A stretch of 25,932 nucleotides of DNA. Source: a virus. Taxonomy: Duplodnaviria > Caudoviricetes. The stretch covers positions 1 to 25,932 of IMG/VR virus record IMGVR_UViG_3300017716_001548; one strand, 5' to 3'. Both the position numbers and the translations under genes were made by a program. Within the stretch, counting starts at the first letter, position 1, and the number at the start of each line of letters is the position of its first letter. Below the pieces are notes generated by a model. It saw only the letters and a list, made by a program, of their open reading frames with translations. It did no database searches and had not been told where the DNA came from. Positions 1 to 9,086 of this stretch are shown here, one piece after another.

Positions 1-1
1 C

Positions 2-175
2 GCGGCAAGAGTTGCGGCGGCATTTGGACTGAAGCTTGGTTTACCTGAAAATGCCAGCGTTGCGCAAATTAAGGCCGACTTGATGGCCTATGTTGCGGCG
101 GTTGTAGAAGATCAGGAACGGCTGGCGGCGGTATGGGCGCAGCAAGCCGCCAAGACACCATTGGTACAGACATGA
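2..175 (+). CDS. 3' end of hypothetical protein (truncated by window edge)
   Basis: Frame open from the window start (AARVAAAFGLKLG...TPLVQT); TGA 173-175 overlaps the next ATG (ATGA). Confidence 0.6.
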   Translation, partial: AARVAAAFGLKLGLPENASVAQIKADLMAYVAAVVEDQERLAAVWAQQAAKTPLVQT

Positions 176-348
176 CCGACGATCAGGAACGCCAAATCCG
201 AGGAGCGGCGCAGGCGCACGCCGTGGCCGGGGCTATGCAGTCTTTCATCGACCAATACGTGATTCTCAGCGTCGAATTGGCCGTTGCAAAAGCAAAACTT
301 GCAGAATTTGAGAAACAACCTCAAAAAGAGGATATTATTAACCCGTAA
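172..348 (+). CDS. Small hypothetical protein, possible coiled coil
   Basis: ATG 172 coupled by ATGA overlap, preferred over the track start at 133; MTDDQERQ...KEDIINP. Confidence 0.6.
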   Translation: MTDDQERQIRGAAQAHAVAGAMQSFIDQYVILSVELAVAKAKLAEFEKQPQKEDIINP

Positions 349-404
349 CGGTGCGAACAATCACCGTGGGAACGTCGGGAAGACGTACCTTCTCCCTCCG
401 GGAG
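348..404 (+). promoter_or_regulatory. Three short hairpins in the scaffold leader, the last covering the RBS
   Basis: ACGGTG/CACCGT (348-367), ACGTC/GACGT (372-386), CTCCC/GGGAG (392-404). Confidence 0.4.
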
Positions 405-410
405 TCTTAA

Positions 411-1280
411 ATGGCAGATGATGTTGTAGTGAGCGACCTTGTGGTTAATACCACACCAGCGGCGGATGCCGTGTCCACTACTGACGCTACGGCAGCGCCA
501 GCAGATGCCCCTACCAGTGGGGAGCAACAGCCGGGCGATGAAGTAAAAGCCAAAACCTTCTCTCAGGAGGAAGTTGACGAGCTTTTGCAGAAGCGAGTTG
601 CCAAGGAGCAACGAAAAGCGCAGCGAGATGCAGACCGTAGGGTGGCTGAAGCCGTATCACAGGCCCAGCCCAAGGAAGCGCCGGCACCTATCTCAACTGA
701 TCGACCGAAAGCCGAAAACTTCCAAACGACCGAAGATTACATCGAGGCCGTGACGGAGTGGAAGGCAGAGCAGATCATTGAGAGGAAGGAAAAGGCGCGA
801 GCCGAAACCACAGCAGCAACGAGACAGGAGCAGTACCAGCGCGAAGTCCATGAGGCTTATACAGAGCGTGAGGACACGGCGCGGGACAAGTATTCCGACT
901 ATGAAGATGTGGTCGGAAACCCAAAGCTCCCGATCAATGCTGTCATGGCAGACGCAATACGCACGTCCGATCAAGGACCGGACCTTGCCTATTACCTTGG
1001 AAAGCACCCAGACGAAGCCCTGAAGATCGCCAAGCTACCGCCAATCCTGGCTGTAAAGGAACTGGGCAAACTGGAGGCGCGGCTCGAAGCCGAACCCCTG
1101 AAGCCCACAAAAAGGTCATCTTCAGCACCCGACCCAATCACGCCTGTTCGCCCCGCTTCCGGGATAGGCGTTCCGAATCTTGAGGACCCAAAAGCCCTCA
1201 AGTCACTCGGAACGACCGGCCTCATTGAAGCATGGCGCGCAGAACGCGAATCGAAGGCTAGGGCGTTGAGGAATCGCTAA
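411..1280 (+). CDS. Capsid scaffolding protein
   Basis: Acidic, low-complexity N-terminus, charged helical middle, GPDLAYYLGKHPDEA segment; directly upstream of the coat gene. Confidence 0.8.
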   Translation: MADDVVVSDLVVNTTPAADAVSTTDATAAPADAPTSGEQQPGDEVKAKTFSQEEVDELLQKRVAKEQRKAQRDADRRVAEAVSQAQPKEAPAPISTDRPKAENFQTTEDYIEAVTEWKAEQIIERKEKARAETTAATRQEQYQREVHEAYTEREDTARDKYSDYEDVVGNPKLPINAVMADAIRTSDQGPDLAYYLGKHPDEALKIAKLPPILAVKELGKLEARLEAEPLKPTKRSSSAPDPITPVRPASGIGVPNLEDPKALKSLGTTGLIEAWRAERESKARALRNR

Positions 1281-1290
1281 ACATCATGCA

Positions 1291-1304
1291 CCGCTGAGAA
1301 GCGG
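1291..1304 (+). promoter_or_regulatory. GNRA-loop hairpin between scaffold and coat genes
   Basis: CCGCT-GAGA-AGCGG perfect 5-bp stem. Confidence 0.35.
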
Positions 1305-1327
1305 AGCGAGTTTCCAAGGAAAGCAAA

Positions 1328-2533
1328 GTGTCAAATTCAATCCTGACAATAGACATGATCACAGCCAAAGCTCTGGATATTCTGGAAAACGAGCTTGTGG
1401 TCACGCGGAATGTTAACCGCGAATACGATTCTTCGTTTGCCATCGCTGGCGCGAAGATCGGCACCGACCTGCGTATCCGCCTGCCTGACCGCGCTTTGGT
1501 CACTGACGGCGCTGCGCTGAACGTGCAAGACGAAAATCAGCAATTCACCACGCTGACCGTTTCCAGCCAAAAGCATATCGGCATCAACTTTACCACCGCC
1601 GAACTGACAATGAAACTGGATCACTTTGCCGACCTCGTGCTAAAGCCGCGCATTTCGCAGCTTGCAGCCTCCGTCGATGCTGATGTGTGCAACGTGTACA
1701 AGGACGTGTTCCAGTCCGTGGGCACCCCTGGCACCACCCCGGCAACCTCGCTGGTTCTGCTTCAGGCACAGCAAAAGCTGAATGAGGCTGCGGCAACTAC
1801 TGGCCAGCGTTACGGTGCAGTCAACCCCGCTGCCAATGCCGCTCTGGTTGAAGGCATGAAGGGCATGTTCAACCCGGTCGGATTGCTCTCCAATCAGTTC
1901 AAGAAGGGCATGATTACCGAGTCCATGCTGGGGTATGACGAGTTCGCCATGACCCAATCCCTACCTGCGCATACCACCGGAAACTGGGGCACCACGATCA
2001 CCAGCACCGGCACCCTGTCCACTCAGGGCCAAGCCACGCTGCCGATCACCTTCACCGGCTCCGGCTCAACGTGGAAACAGGGTGACGTATTCACCATCGC
2101 CGCTGTCTATTCGGTGAACCCGCAGACCCGCGCATCCACTGGGTCGTTGCAGCAGTTCGTTGTGACTTCCGACCTGACCGCGACCACGACCGGCACGCTG
2201 AACATTTCACCGGCCATCTACACCTCGGCAAATGCGCTGGCGACCGTGGACAGCTTCCCGCAAGCTGCCGCTGTGGTAACGATGCTGGGTTCGGCGGCAA
2301 CGTCCTACCCGCAGAATCTGGTGTACCAGAAGAATGCCTTCACGTTTGCAACGGCTGACTTGCTGTTGCCGACCAACGGCATTGTGATGGGTTCGCGCCA
2401 AGTGCATAACGGGATCAGCCTGCGGATCATTCAGGACTACGACATCAACAACGACCGCATGCCCTGCCGTATCGACGTTTTGTACGGTTACAAGGCAATT
2501 CGTCCACCGATGGCCTGCCGGATTTGGGGGTAA
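1328..2533 (+). CDS. Major capsid protein, P22 coat (gp5) family
   Basis: GTG start with AAGGA RBS; SNSILTIDMIT..AL..LEN, KIG..LRIRLP, GDVFTIA.V..VNP, CRIDVLYG motifs; 401 aa. Confidence 0.92.
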   Translation: MSNSILTIDMITAKALDILENELVVTRNVNREYDSSFAIAGAKIGTDLRIRLPDRALVTDGAALNVQDENQQFTTLTVSSQKHIGINFTTAELTMKLDHFADLVLKPRISQLAASVDADVCNVYKDVFQSVGTPGTTPATSLVLLQAQQKLNEAAATTGQRYGAVNPAANAALVEGMKGMFNPVGLLSNQFKKGMITESMLGYDEFAMTQSLPAHTTGNWGTTITSTGTLSTQGQATLPITFTGSGSTWKQGDVFTIAAVYSVNPQTRASTGSLQQFVVTSDLTATTTGTLNISPAIYTSANALATVDSFPQAAAVVTMLGSAATSYPQNLVYQKNAFTFATADLLLPTNGIVMGSRQVHNGISLRIIQDYDINNDRMPCRIDVLYGYKAIRPPMACRIWG

Positions 2534-2536
2534 ATC

Positions 2537-2860
2537 ATGGGCGTACAAATGCATGAGGATCGCTACGGTGTCGTTGCCGTCAGCCTGACGCCTGCCGGGA
2601 CTGCTGCGGGGCCGTTGACCGCATCGCAGACCTTCACGGTGCCGGGACTGAAAACGAGCGACATGGTTCGTGTCGATCCGCCCTCGACTACCGCTGGCCT
2701 TGCTATTGTTGGGTCGCGTGTGAGCGCAGTCAATACGCTGCAACTCACCTTCGGAAATTTTTCAACCGGCCCGCTTACATCGGCCTCTGGCACTTACAAC
2801 GTGTTTGTTTTCCGCCCCGAGGCGGTTCGCACGTCTGTCAGTGCCGCTATTGATTCGTAA
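2537..2860 (+). CDS. Small beta-rich virion protein (candidate decoration protein)
   Basis: Immediately after coat gene; Thr/Ser/Val/Gly-rich. Function inferred from position. Confidence 0.6.
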   Translation: MGVQMHEDRYGVVAVSLTPAGTAAGPLTASQTFTVPGLKTSDMVRVDPPSTTAGLAIVGSRVSAVNTLQLTFGNFSTGPLTSASGTYNVFVFRPEAVRTSVSAAIDS

Positions 2861-2871
2861 GGAGAACAGAA

Positions 2872-3186
2872 ATGGCACTTCCAAGCATAGGTGATGGCGA
2901 GCAGATTGGCGATGGCAATACCAGTGAATCATTGCTGGTAGGTCGCGCCGGGATGCCGCTGAAGTTGGGCAATTCCGCCGCGACTACCATCGGCATGTAC
3001 GGCGCTACCCCTGTGGTGCAGCGGGCAACTGCTGCATCGCATACCACTATCGCAACTACGGTTGTCGTATCTACGACAGGCAGTAACATGTGGGGCTTCA
3101 CTACCAGTAGTCAGGGTAATGCGGTCCTCGCTGCGGTAGCGGAAATTCAAGCGACACTGGTGGCGCTCGGAATTTGGGCTGCCTAA
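2872..3186 (+). CDS. Small Thr/Ala-rich virion protein (candidate head fibre/decoration)
   Basis: Strong AAGGAG RBS; ends in LVALGI; head-module position. Confidence 0.6.
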   Translation: MALPSIGDGEQIGDGNTSESLLVGRAGMPLKLGNSAATTIGMYGATPVVQRATAASHTTIATTVVVSTTGSNMWGFTTSSQGNAVLAAVAEIQATLVALGIWAA

Positions 3187-3198
3187 ACTTGTACCACC

Positions 3199-3272
3199 GC
3201 CTACGGATTCTGGCCCTCGCGCAAGTGAGCTACCATGCGCAGCGCCTGAGTCTGTGGGCATCTAACCGGATG
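3199..3272 (+). ncRNA. Candidate structured cis-regulatory RNA upstream of the glycosyltransferase
   Basis: 12-bp stem 3199-3210/3248-3259 with three G-U pairs, inner CTCGC-GCAA-GTGAG hairpin, adjacent CATCT/GGATG hairpin over the likely RBS. Confidence 0.5.
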
Positions 3273-3280
3273 ACTAAAAA

Positions 3281-4744
3281 ATGAATAAAAGTCCAAAGGT
3301 TTCCGTCCTGATACCGAGTTACAACCTCGGCCTATTCATTGCTCAAACGCTCGACAGCGTGCTGGCGCAGGATTTTCAGGACTGGGAATGCATCATCGAG
3401 GATGACGGCTCGACCGACAATTCCTGCGACATCATTGCTGAATACGTTGCAAAGGACGCCCGCTTTGCTGCCATCGTTAAACTGACGAACGAAGGTCAGA
3501 ACAAGACCGCGAACAATCTCGTTGCTGCGGCTCATAGCGAGTATTTATGCTGCCTGCCCGCTGACGATACCATTGCGCCGGACAAACTGAGCAAACAGGT
3601 CGCCTATCTGGACGCACACCCAGAGTGCGGCATCGTGTTCGGACAGCCGCGATTTATCAACTCTGGTGGTCCGTTCAAGTATCCTCAGAACGGCATCGAG
3701 GACATTGGCGCAAACTCACGCGATGGCTGGAAAGAACGTCTGCGCGGCGGTAACTGCCTGTTCATCGCAACGTCCATGCATCGGCGTGCGCTACACGATG
3801 AGCTTGGCAAGTTTGATGAAGCCCTGTCCATGCTGGCCGATCTGGAGTGGTATCTGCGCATTCTGGACAAGCACGATATCCATGTGATCGAGGAACCACT
3901 TGCCACGATACGCCTGCGCGACAACGCAGCGAACCTGTCGGCTATGACGCCCAAGCGAGCCGAGACTCATTCGGATGAACTGGAGATTGTGCGCGCACGG
4001 CACTTCAAGGTTGATCCGAAAAAGGTCAAGTTTATGCTGGCGACTCCGTTCTATGACGTGAAGGGCTTTTCGCCCTACATCATGTCGTTGGTGCAGACCA
4101 TCACGACGCTGGTGAGCGCCAAGATACCGTTTGAGTACATCGAACTGTCCGGCGACTCCTATGTGTGGCGCGCAAGGAACCTGCTTGCGGAGCGGTTTAT
4201 GAATAGCGACTGCACGCATCTTGTGTTCCTCGACTCCGATCAATCGTGGGACGTTAATTCGTTCCTGCGCCTGATACGGGCCGATGCGGATATTGTTGGC
4301 GGTGCGTACCCAACCAAGAACAACTGGGAACACTACTCCGTGACGATTCACACGGACGAGAACGGCATCCCTGACGTAAACAATGCCGGATTGATTCGTG
4401 GTCAGAAGGTTCCGACCGGCTTTATGAAGATCAAACGCGAAGTGTTTGAACGCCTGCGCACAGCCTACAAGGAAGATTGGTACTGGGAAACCAGTGGCGA
4501 GGGCATGCTGCGAAAGATGTGGAATTACTTCGGCCACAAGATCATTGACCATGTTGCCTATGGTGAGGACATATCGTTTTGCAAGCGGTGCGAGTTCCTT
4601 GGGATCAAGCTGTATATCGAGCCGCGCCTGAACATCAATCACATTGGCACAAAGACGTGGACCGGAAACTACCATGAATTCCTTTGCAAGCAACCCGGCG
4701 GCAGCAATGACCCGGCCCGAAACCAACTCAAAGAGGCGGCATAA
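3281..4744 (+). CDS. Two-domain glycosyltransferase (GT2 plus second GT-A domain)
   Basis: N-domain VSVLIPSYN, DDGSTDNS, ADD, DLEWYLR; C-domain LATPFY, ARN, LVFLDSD (DxD), PTGFMKI, GEDISFC, HIG. Confidence 0.9.
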   Translation: MNKSPKVSVLIPSYNLGLFIAQTLDSVLAQDFQDWECIIEDDGSTDNSCDIIAEYVAKDARFAAIVKLTNEGQNKTANNLVAAAHSEYLCCLPADDTIAPDKLSKQVAYLDAHPECGIVFGQPRFINSGGPFKYPQNGIEDIGANSRDGWKERLRGGNCLFIATSMHRRALHDELGKFDEALSMLADLEWYLRILDKHDIHVIEEPLATIRLRDNAANLSAMTPKRAETHSDELEIVRARHFKVDPKKVKFMLATPFYDVKGFSPYIMSLVQTITTLVSAKIPFEYIELSGDSYVWRARNLLAERFMNSDCTHLVFLDSDQSWDVNSFLRLIRADADIVGGAYPTKNNWEHYSVTIHTDENGIPDVNNAGLIRGQKVPTGFMKIKREVFERLRTAYKEDWYWETSGEGMLRKMWNYFGHKIIDHVAYGEDISFCKRCEFLGIKLYIEPRLNINHIGTKTWTGNYHEFLCKQPGGSNDPARNQLKEAA

Positions 4745-4923
4745 TGTCAGTGTTCTATATGAAGCACCCAAAACATGGAACCAAAGTCGCAATCCAAGAA
4801 GAAGAAGTCGAACACGACAAAAAGCGAGGATGGGTCGAATACGACCCTAACGAAAAGCCCGAGTCCAAGACCATCACCCTTTCCGGTTCAAAGGAAGGCA
4901 AATCTGTTCAGGCGCAGGCGTAG
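4744..4923 (+). CDS. Small hypothetical protein (not in ORF track)
   Basis: TAATG overlap with the GT stop, GAGG RBS; 59 aa MSVFYMKHPKHGTKVAIQEEEVEHDKKRGW...; fills the gap. Confidence 0.75.
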   Translation: MSVFYMKHPKHGTKVAIQEEEVEHDKKRGWVEYDPNEKPESKTITLSGSKEGKSVQAQA

Positions 4924-4942
4924 GTTTTCTGAAGGATAGATC

Positions 4943-5653
4943 ATGGCTACAGCGGGCGACCAAATCAACGGTGCATTGCGCTTAATCGGGCAACTTGCCG
5001 AGGGCGAGTCTCCGTCTGCCGAAACGTCTGCTGATGCGCTGTCGGCGTTTAATCAGATGCTGGATTCGTGGTCTATCGACAGACTGAACGTCTTTACAAC
5101 GCAGGATCAGACGTTCACTTGGCCGGCCAATGATGGCTCCGTGACGTTTGGCCCGACTGGGGCTGACTTTACTGGCGTAAGGCCGGTCGAAGTACAGGAC
5201 TCAACGTACTTTGTCTACAACAACATTTCTTACGGGCTGGCGCTGATTAACGAGCAGCAGTACAACTCCATTGCGCTGAAAACGTCCACATCCACATGGC
5301 CGAGCGTCCTGTGGGTCAACATGGGCATGCCGAACATCACCATGAAGGTGTGGCCGGTGCCAAGCAGCGCCGTGGAGTTCCACCTTGTTTCTGTGGCGGA
5401 GCTGGTGCAGGCTACCTCGCTGGCTGCCACGCTGACGATACCGCCTGGATACCTTCGCGCCTTCCGGTTCAATCTGGCCTGCGAGATTGCTGACGAGTTC
5501 GGCATCACTGCGCCGCCTAGCGTTCGCCGCACCGCTGCGCTGTCGCTGCGGTCTGTGAAACGCATCAATAACCCCGGCGACTTGATGAGCATGCCGACGC
5601 CGTTAATTACGACTTCTCCGAGATTCAATATCTACAGCGGCCAGCCGTACTAG
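4943..5653 (+). CDS. Head-to-tail adaptor, P22 gp4-like
   Basis: TAGD.INGALRLIG, NQMLDSW, FNLACEIA.EFG motifs; precedes the gp10-like gene. Confidence 0.75.
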   Translation: MATAGDQINGALRLIGQLAEGESPSAETSADALSAFNQMLDSWSIDRLNVFTTQDQTFTWPANDGSVTFGPTGADFTGVRPVEVQDSTYFVYNNISYGLALINEQQYNSIALKTSTSTWPSVLWVNMGMPNITMKVWPVPSSAVEFHLVSVAELVQATSLAATLTIPPGYLRAFRFNLACEIADEFGITAPPSVRRTAALSLRSVKRINNPGDLMSMPTPLITTSPRFNIYSGQPY

Positions 5654-5654
5654 C

Positions 5655-7148
5655 ATGAGGACGCCTTTCCTCGGACCGTCTTTCACGGCACGATCCACAA
5701 ACCTTGCCGCGAACAAGCTCATCAATATGTACCCCGAAGCCGTCCCGAACGACGCAGGCGGCAAGGACGTAGCTGGGTTCTTCCGCTGCCCCGGCTCAGT
5801 TACCAAGGCCACACTGACTGGGCAGACAGGATCAGCCGTGCGCGGCTTGTGGGTAATGAAGGAATATTGCTTTGCCGTGTGCGGGAATAGCCTGTTTCGT
5901 GTGACTTCAGCCTTTGCAGCAACGCGCATTACTGGAAGTCCAAACATTTCCGGCGATGGCCAGGTCAGCATGTCGGACAATGGCACTCAGCTTTTCATTG
6001 CATGCAACCCAGATGGGTACATCTATGACTACAATGCTCAGACGCTCTCGCAGATCACGGATGCGGACTTTCTGGGCGCGGTTACGGTTGGTTATCTGGC
6101 CGGCTCGTTTCTGTACAACGTGCCCAATTCGCAGATTGTGCAATATACCGCCATTCAAAACGGCACGGACATTGATGCGCTGGATTTCGCTTCGGTAGAA
6201 GGCTTGCCCGATAACATGGTGGCCGTGTTTGTTGACCACCTTGAGGCATGGATGTTTGGCGAGGTGTCCATCGAAGTCTACGGGTCCAGCACCAGCACGG
6301 ACAATCCCTATCAGCGCATTCAGGGGGCCGTGATTGAGCAGGGCTGCGCTGCGTCGTTCTCCGTGGCCAAGCTTGATAACTCGCTGTTCTGGTTGGGCAA
6401 GAATAAGGAAGGTGAGGGCGTCGTGTATCGCGCCAATGGCTACGTCCCATTTCCGGTGAGTTCCAGAGCGATTGAATACGCTATCGCACAATGGCCAAAT
6501 TTGTCTGACGCGGTGGCCTTTAGCTACCTTCAGGACGGCCACGGTTTCTACATTCTGACTTCGCCGGCTACAGCAACATGGGTGGGTGAGACTTGGGGCT
6601 TCGATGTAACCACCAGCATGTGGCACCAGCGCGGCTACCTTGACCCGGATACCGGCGTGCAGGGCTGCATACGTGGGCGCAATCATGTTCTTTTTAACGG
6701 AACGCATTTGATAGGAGACTCGGGCGATGGGGCAAGCAATAGCGGCGTTCTTGTCAAATACTCGCTGGATATTGCCGACGATGACGGTGACGCGCAGCAG
6801 TGGGTGCGCTCGTGGCGGGCGCTACCAGCGGGCCAGAACCAGTTGCAGCGGTCTTTCCAGCACCAGTTGCAGATAGATGGCCAAAGCGGGACCGGGCTAA
6901 ATAGCGGGCAGGGGAGCGCCCCTATTGTGCGCCTGCGCTGGTCTGATGACGGTGGCCATAAGTGGTCGAATTACCATGAGCGAAAAGTTGGCGCGATTGG
7001 GGCTACTCAGACCCGCGTGATATTCCGCCGCCTTGGGTCAACGGATAAGCTACGGGATCGCGTGTACGAGCTATCTGGCACTGACCCTGTGCCGCTGATG
7101 TGGAATGCGGCTATCTTGCAGATTGGCGATTCAAGGCCCGGATCATGA
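5655..7148 (+). CDS. Packaged DNA stabilisation / tail hub protein, P22 gp10-like
   Basis: 497 aa beta-rich; [32 protein letters not shown] motifs. Confidence 0.85.
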   Translation: MRTPFLGPSFTARSTNLAANKLINMYPEAVPNDAGGKDVAGFFRCPGSVTKATLTGQTGSAVRGLWVMKEYCFAVCGNSLFRVTSAFAATRITGSPNISGDGQVSMSDNGTQLFIACNPDGYIYDYNAQTLSQITDADFLGAVTVGYLAGSFLYNVPNSQIVQYTAIQNGTDIDALDFASVEGLPDNMVAVFVDHLEAWMFGEVSIEVYGSSTSTDNPYQRIQGAVIEQGCAASFSVAKLDNSLFWLGKNKEGEGVVYRANGYVPFPVSSRAIEYAIAQWPNLSDAVAFSYLQDGHGFYILTSPATATWVGETWGFDVTTSMWHQRGYLDPDTGVQGCIRGRNHVLFNGTHLIGDSGDGASNSGVLVKYSLDIADDDGDAQQWVRSWRALPAGQNQLQRSFQHQLQIDGQSGTGLNSGQGSAPIVRLRWSDDGGHKWSNYHERKVGAIGATQTRVIFRRLGSTDKLRDRVYELSGTDPVPLMWNAAILQIGDSRPGS

Positions 7149-7648
7149 CAATTGCCAGTCCCAAGATACCGTCAGCGCGGGAACCGTTTATTGACGCTCG
7201 CACAAACATGGTTTCGCGCTCGTGGTATCTGTACCTAACCAATTTGGGCCTGATAGTTGATACTGATGCAAATATATCGCTAAATGATTTGGCGACTCAA
7301 CAGGCATTTGATACGGACAACACATCCCGTTCTGCCGTCCTTGCTTCGGCTGACTTCGCCAATCAGGGCACCACGACGACCTTGCTGCATGGTAATGCCG
7401 CTGGAAACCCATCATGGGGCGCTGTATCCCTGTCGGCAGACGTGACCGGGAACCTACCAGTGGCGAACCTGAACAGCGGCACGTCGGCGGGAGCTACGAC
7501 CTACTGGCGCGGCGATGCCACGTGGGTAAATCCGCTCGCCAGTGGTATAACGGTGGTGATTACGACAGCTGCACTGACGGGCGGCGGGGTGCAGGGCAGC
7601 ATGACCTTTACTAACGGCATTCTCACGGCTCAAACGGCGGCGACCTAA
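7145..7648 (+). CDS. Tail needle/plug-position virion protein
   Basis: ATGA overlap gives start 7145; P..REPFID...VSRSWY N-terminus; fibre-like [10 protein letters not shown] segment; synteny with P22 gene 26. Confidence 0.6.
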   Translation: MTIASPKIPSAREPFIDARTNMVSRSWYLYLTNLGLIVDTDANISLNDLATQQAFDTDNTSRSAVLASADFANQGTTTTLLHGNAAGNPSWGAVSLSADVTGNLPVANLNSGTSAGATTYWRGDATWVNPLASGITVVITTAALTGGGVQGSMTFTNGILTAQTAAT

Positions 7649-7650
7649 AC

Positions 7651-7977
7651 ATGGCACAAACAGCGACACGGCTCATCAGCGGCTCGATTATGACGAGTAG
7701 CACCTTGACTTACTACACAGCGCCTTCCGGGGCCAAGACGGTCATCAAGAAGTTGGTTATTGTCAATACCACGGCTGCTTCGATAAACGCTACGATCTAC
7801 CTTGTGCCCGGTGGCTCTGCTGGCACGTCCAACACAATCACCGCAGCGCGAGTCATTGCCGCCGCCGAATCATGGTCATGTCCGGAAGCTGAAAATATGG
7901 TGCTGGAAACGTCCGGGACAATTCAGGCGCTTGGATCGGGACTTACAATCCTCAGCAGCGGTATCGAAATTACATGA
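7651..7977 (+). CDS. Small beta-sandwich virion protein
   Basis: YTAPSG.KTVIKK...NT pattern; tightly packed in the tail module. Confidence 0.6.
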   Translation: MAQTATRLISGSIMTSSTLTYYTAPSGAKTVIKKLVIVNTTAASINATIYLVPGGSAGTSNTITAARVIAAAESWSCPEAENMVLETSGTIQALGSGLTILSSGIEIT

Positions 7978-8327
7978 ACTTCCAGCCCATAGAGCAACCG
8001 CCAGTCTGGGAGTTTGCCGAGGCGAACGGCATTTTTATCAAGCAGATGCCATTACCGGAAGTGGGCATGGCCGTACCGCAGCATTCCCATGAATATGACC
8101 ACTACACCATGCTGGCGACTGGATCGCTGAAAGTCATCAAGAATGGCGTAGAAATGGGCGTTTTCCATGCTCCCAAGCCAATATTCATCGAGGCCGGGGC
8201 AAAGCACTTGCTGATAAGCATGGAACCGAACACACTTGCCTATTGCATCCATCGCACTGACCGGATGGAGATTGTCGAAGAACATCAGGTTTTGGATTTG
8301 AAGGCTTTTACGAGAAAGGCAGGCTAA
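7974..8327 (+). CDS. Cupin-fold protein
   Basis: PQHSHEYDH..L..G motif 1 and IFI.AG.KH motif 2; ATGA overlap. Confidence 0.75.
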   Translation: MNFQPIEQPPVWEFAEANGIFIKQMPLPEVGMAVPQHSHEYDHYTMLATGSLKVIKNGVEMGVFHAPKPIFIEAGAKHLLISMEPNTLAYCIHRTDRMEIVEEHQVLDLKAFTRKAG

Positions 8328-8328
8328 A

Positions 8329-9084
8329 GCCATCTGGGAAACAATAGCAGCATCCATTGCAGCGCAGACTATTGGCAGTTTAATTGGCGCTGATGCCGCC
8401 GGCGACGCCGCAGACGCCCAAATCCAATCGGGCCGCGAGTCCAACGACCTTCAGCTTCAGATGTTCAACCAGAATCGTGCGGATCAGGAACCGTGGCGTG
8501 CTGCGGGCGTCGATGCGATCAATATGCTCAGGTTTGGGATTGAGCCCGATGGCGATTTGGTGCGGCGCTTTGGCATGTCAGACTACAAAGCAGATCCGGG
8601 GTATGGCTTCCGGCTGTCCGAGGGGTTCGAGGGAATCAAGCGTTTGGCGGCTTCGCAGGGCAATCTGCTTTCTGGCGGCGTCCTGCAGGCCCTCACCCGC
8701 TACGGGCAGGACATGGCCTCGAACGAGTACGAGAGGGCCAACAACCGATTCAATCAAGATCAGGGCAACCGGTACAACCGGCTGGCTGGCGTGGCTGGAA
8801 CCGGGCAGAGCGCGGTGAACCAGATTGGCGCACAGGGCATGAGTATGGCTCAGAACGTGGGCGGCACCATGCAGGGTATGGGCAACGCTCGGGCATCCGG
8901 GTACATTGGGCAGGCTAACGCGCTTCAAGGCGGCTTGACAGGGGCATACAACAACTACATCGGCCAGAATATGCTCAATGCCTATCAGGACAGAACTAGA
9001 ACGATGAATGGTTCTGGCGTCGGCGGATATGTTCCCTATGGTGGGGCAGGGATAGGAGCGTTTAACGGATCGGACGGGTTTTAA
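8329..9084 (+). CDS. DNA ejection protein, P22 gp7-like (start codon unresolved)
   Basis: Gly/Ala/Asn/Gln-rich; DPGY.FRL..G, GNLLSG, GNARASGY motifs; frame open 44 codons upstream of ATG 8461 with an Ala-rich hydrophobic N-terminus. Confidence 0.75.
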   Translation, partial: AIWETIAASIAAQTIGSLIGADAAGDAADAQIQSGRESNDLQLQMFNQNRADQEPWRAAGVDAINMLRFGIEPDGDLVRRFGMSDYKADPGYGFRLSEGFEGIKRLAASQGNLLSGGVLQALTRYGQDMASNEYERANNRFNQDQGNRYNRLAGVAGTGQSAVNQIGAQGMSMAQNVGGTMQGMGNARASGYIGQANALQGGLTGAYNNYIGQNMLNAYQDRTRTMNGSGVGGYVPYGGAGIGAFNGSDGF

Positions 9085-9086
9085 TC

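Noticed and set aside
3791-4792. 333-aa minus-strand ORF, and similar long antisense ORFs such as 5907-6707, 11656-12318 and 14789-15355
   Set aside because: Shadows of well-supported genes on the opposite strand, with no recognisable motifs.
8384-8818. 144-aa + strand ORF as the gene after the cupin
   Set aside because: Alternative frame over the gp7-like gene; Arg/Ser/Pro-rich, off-frame composition.
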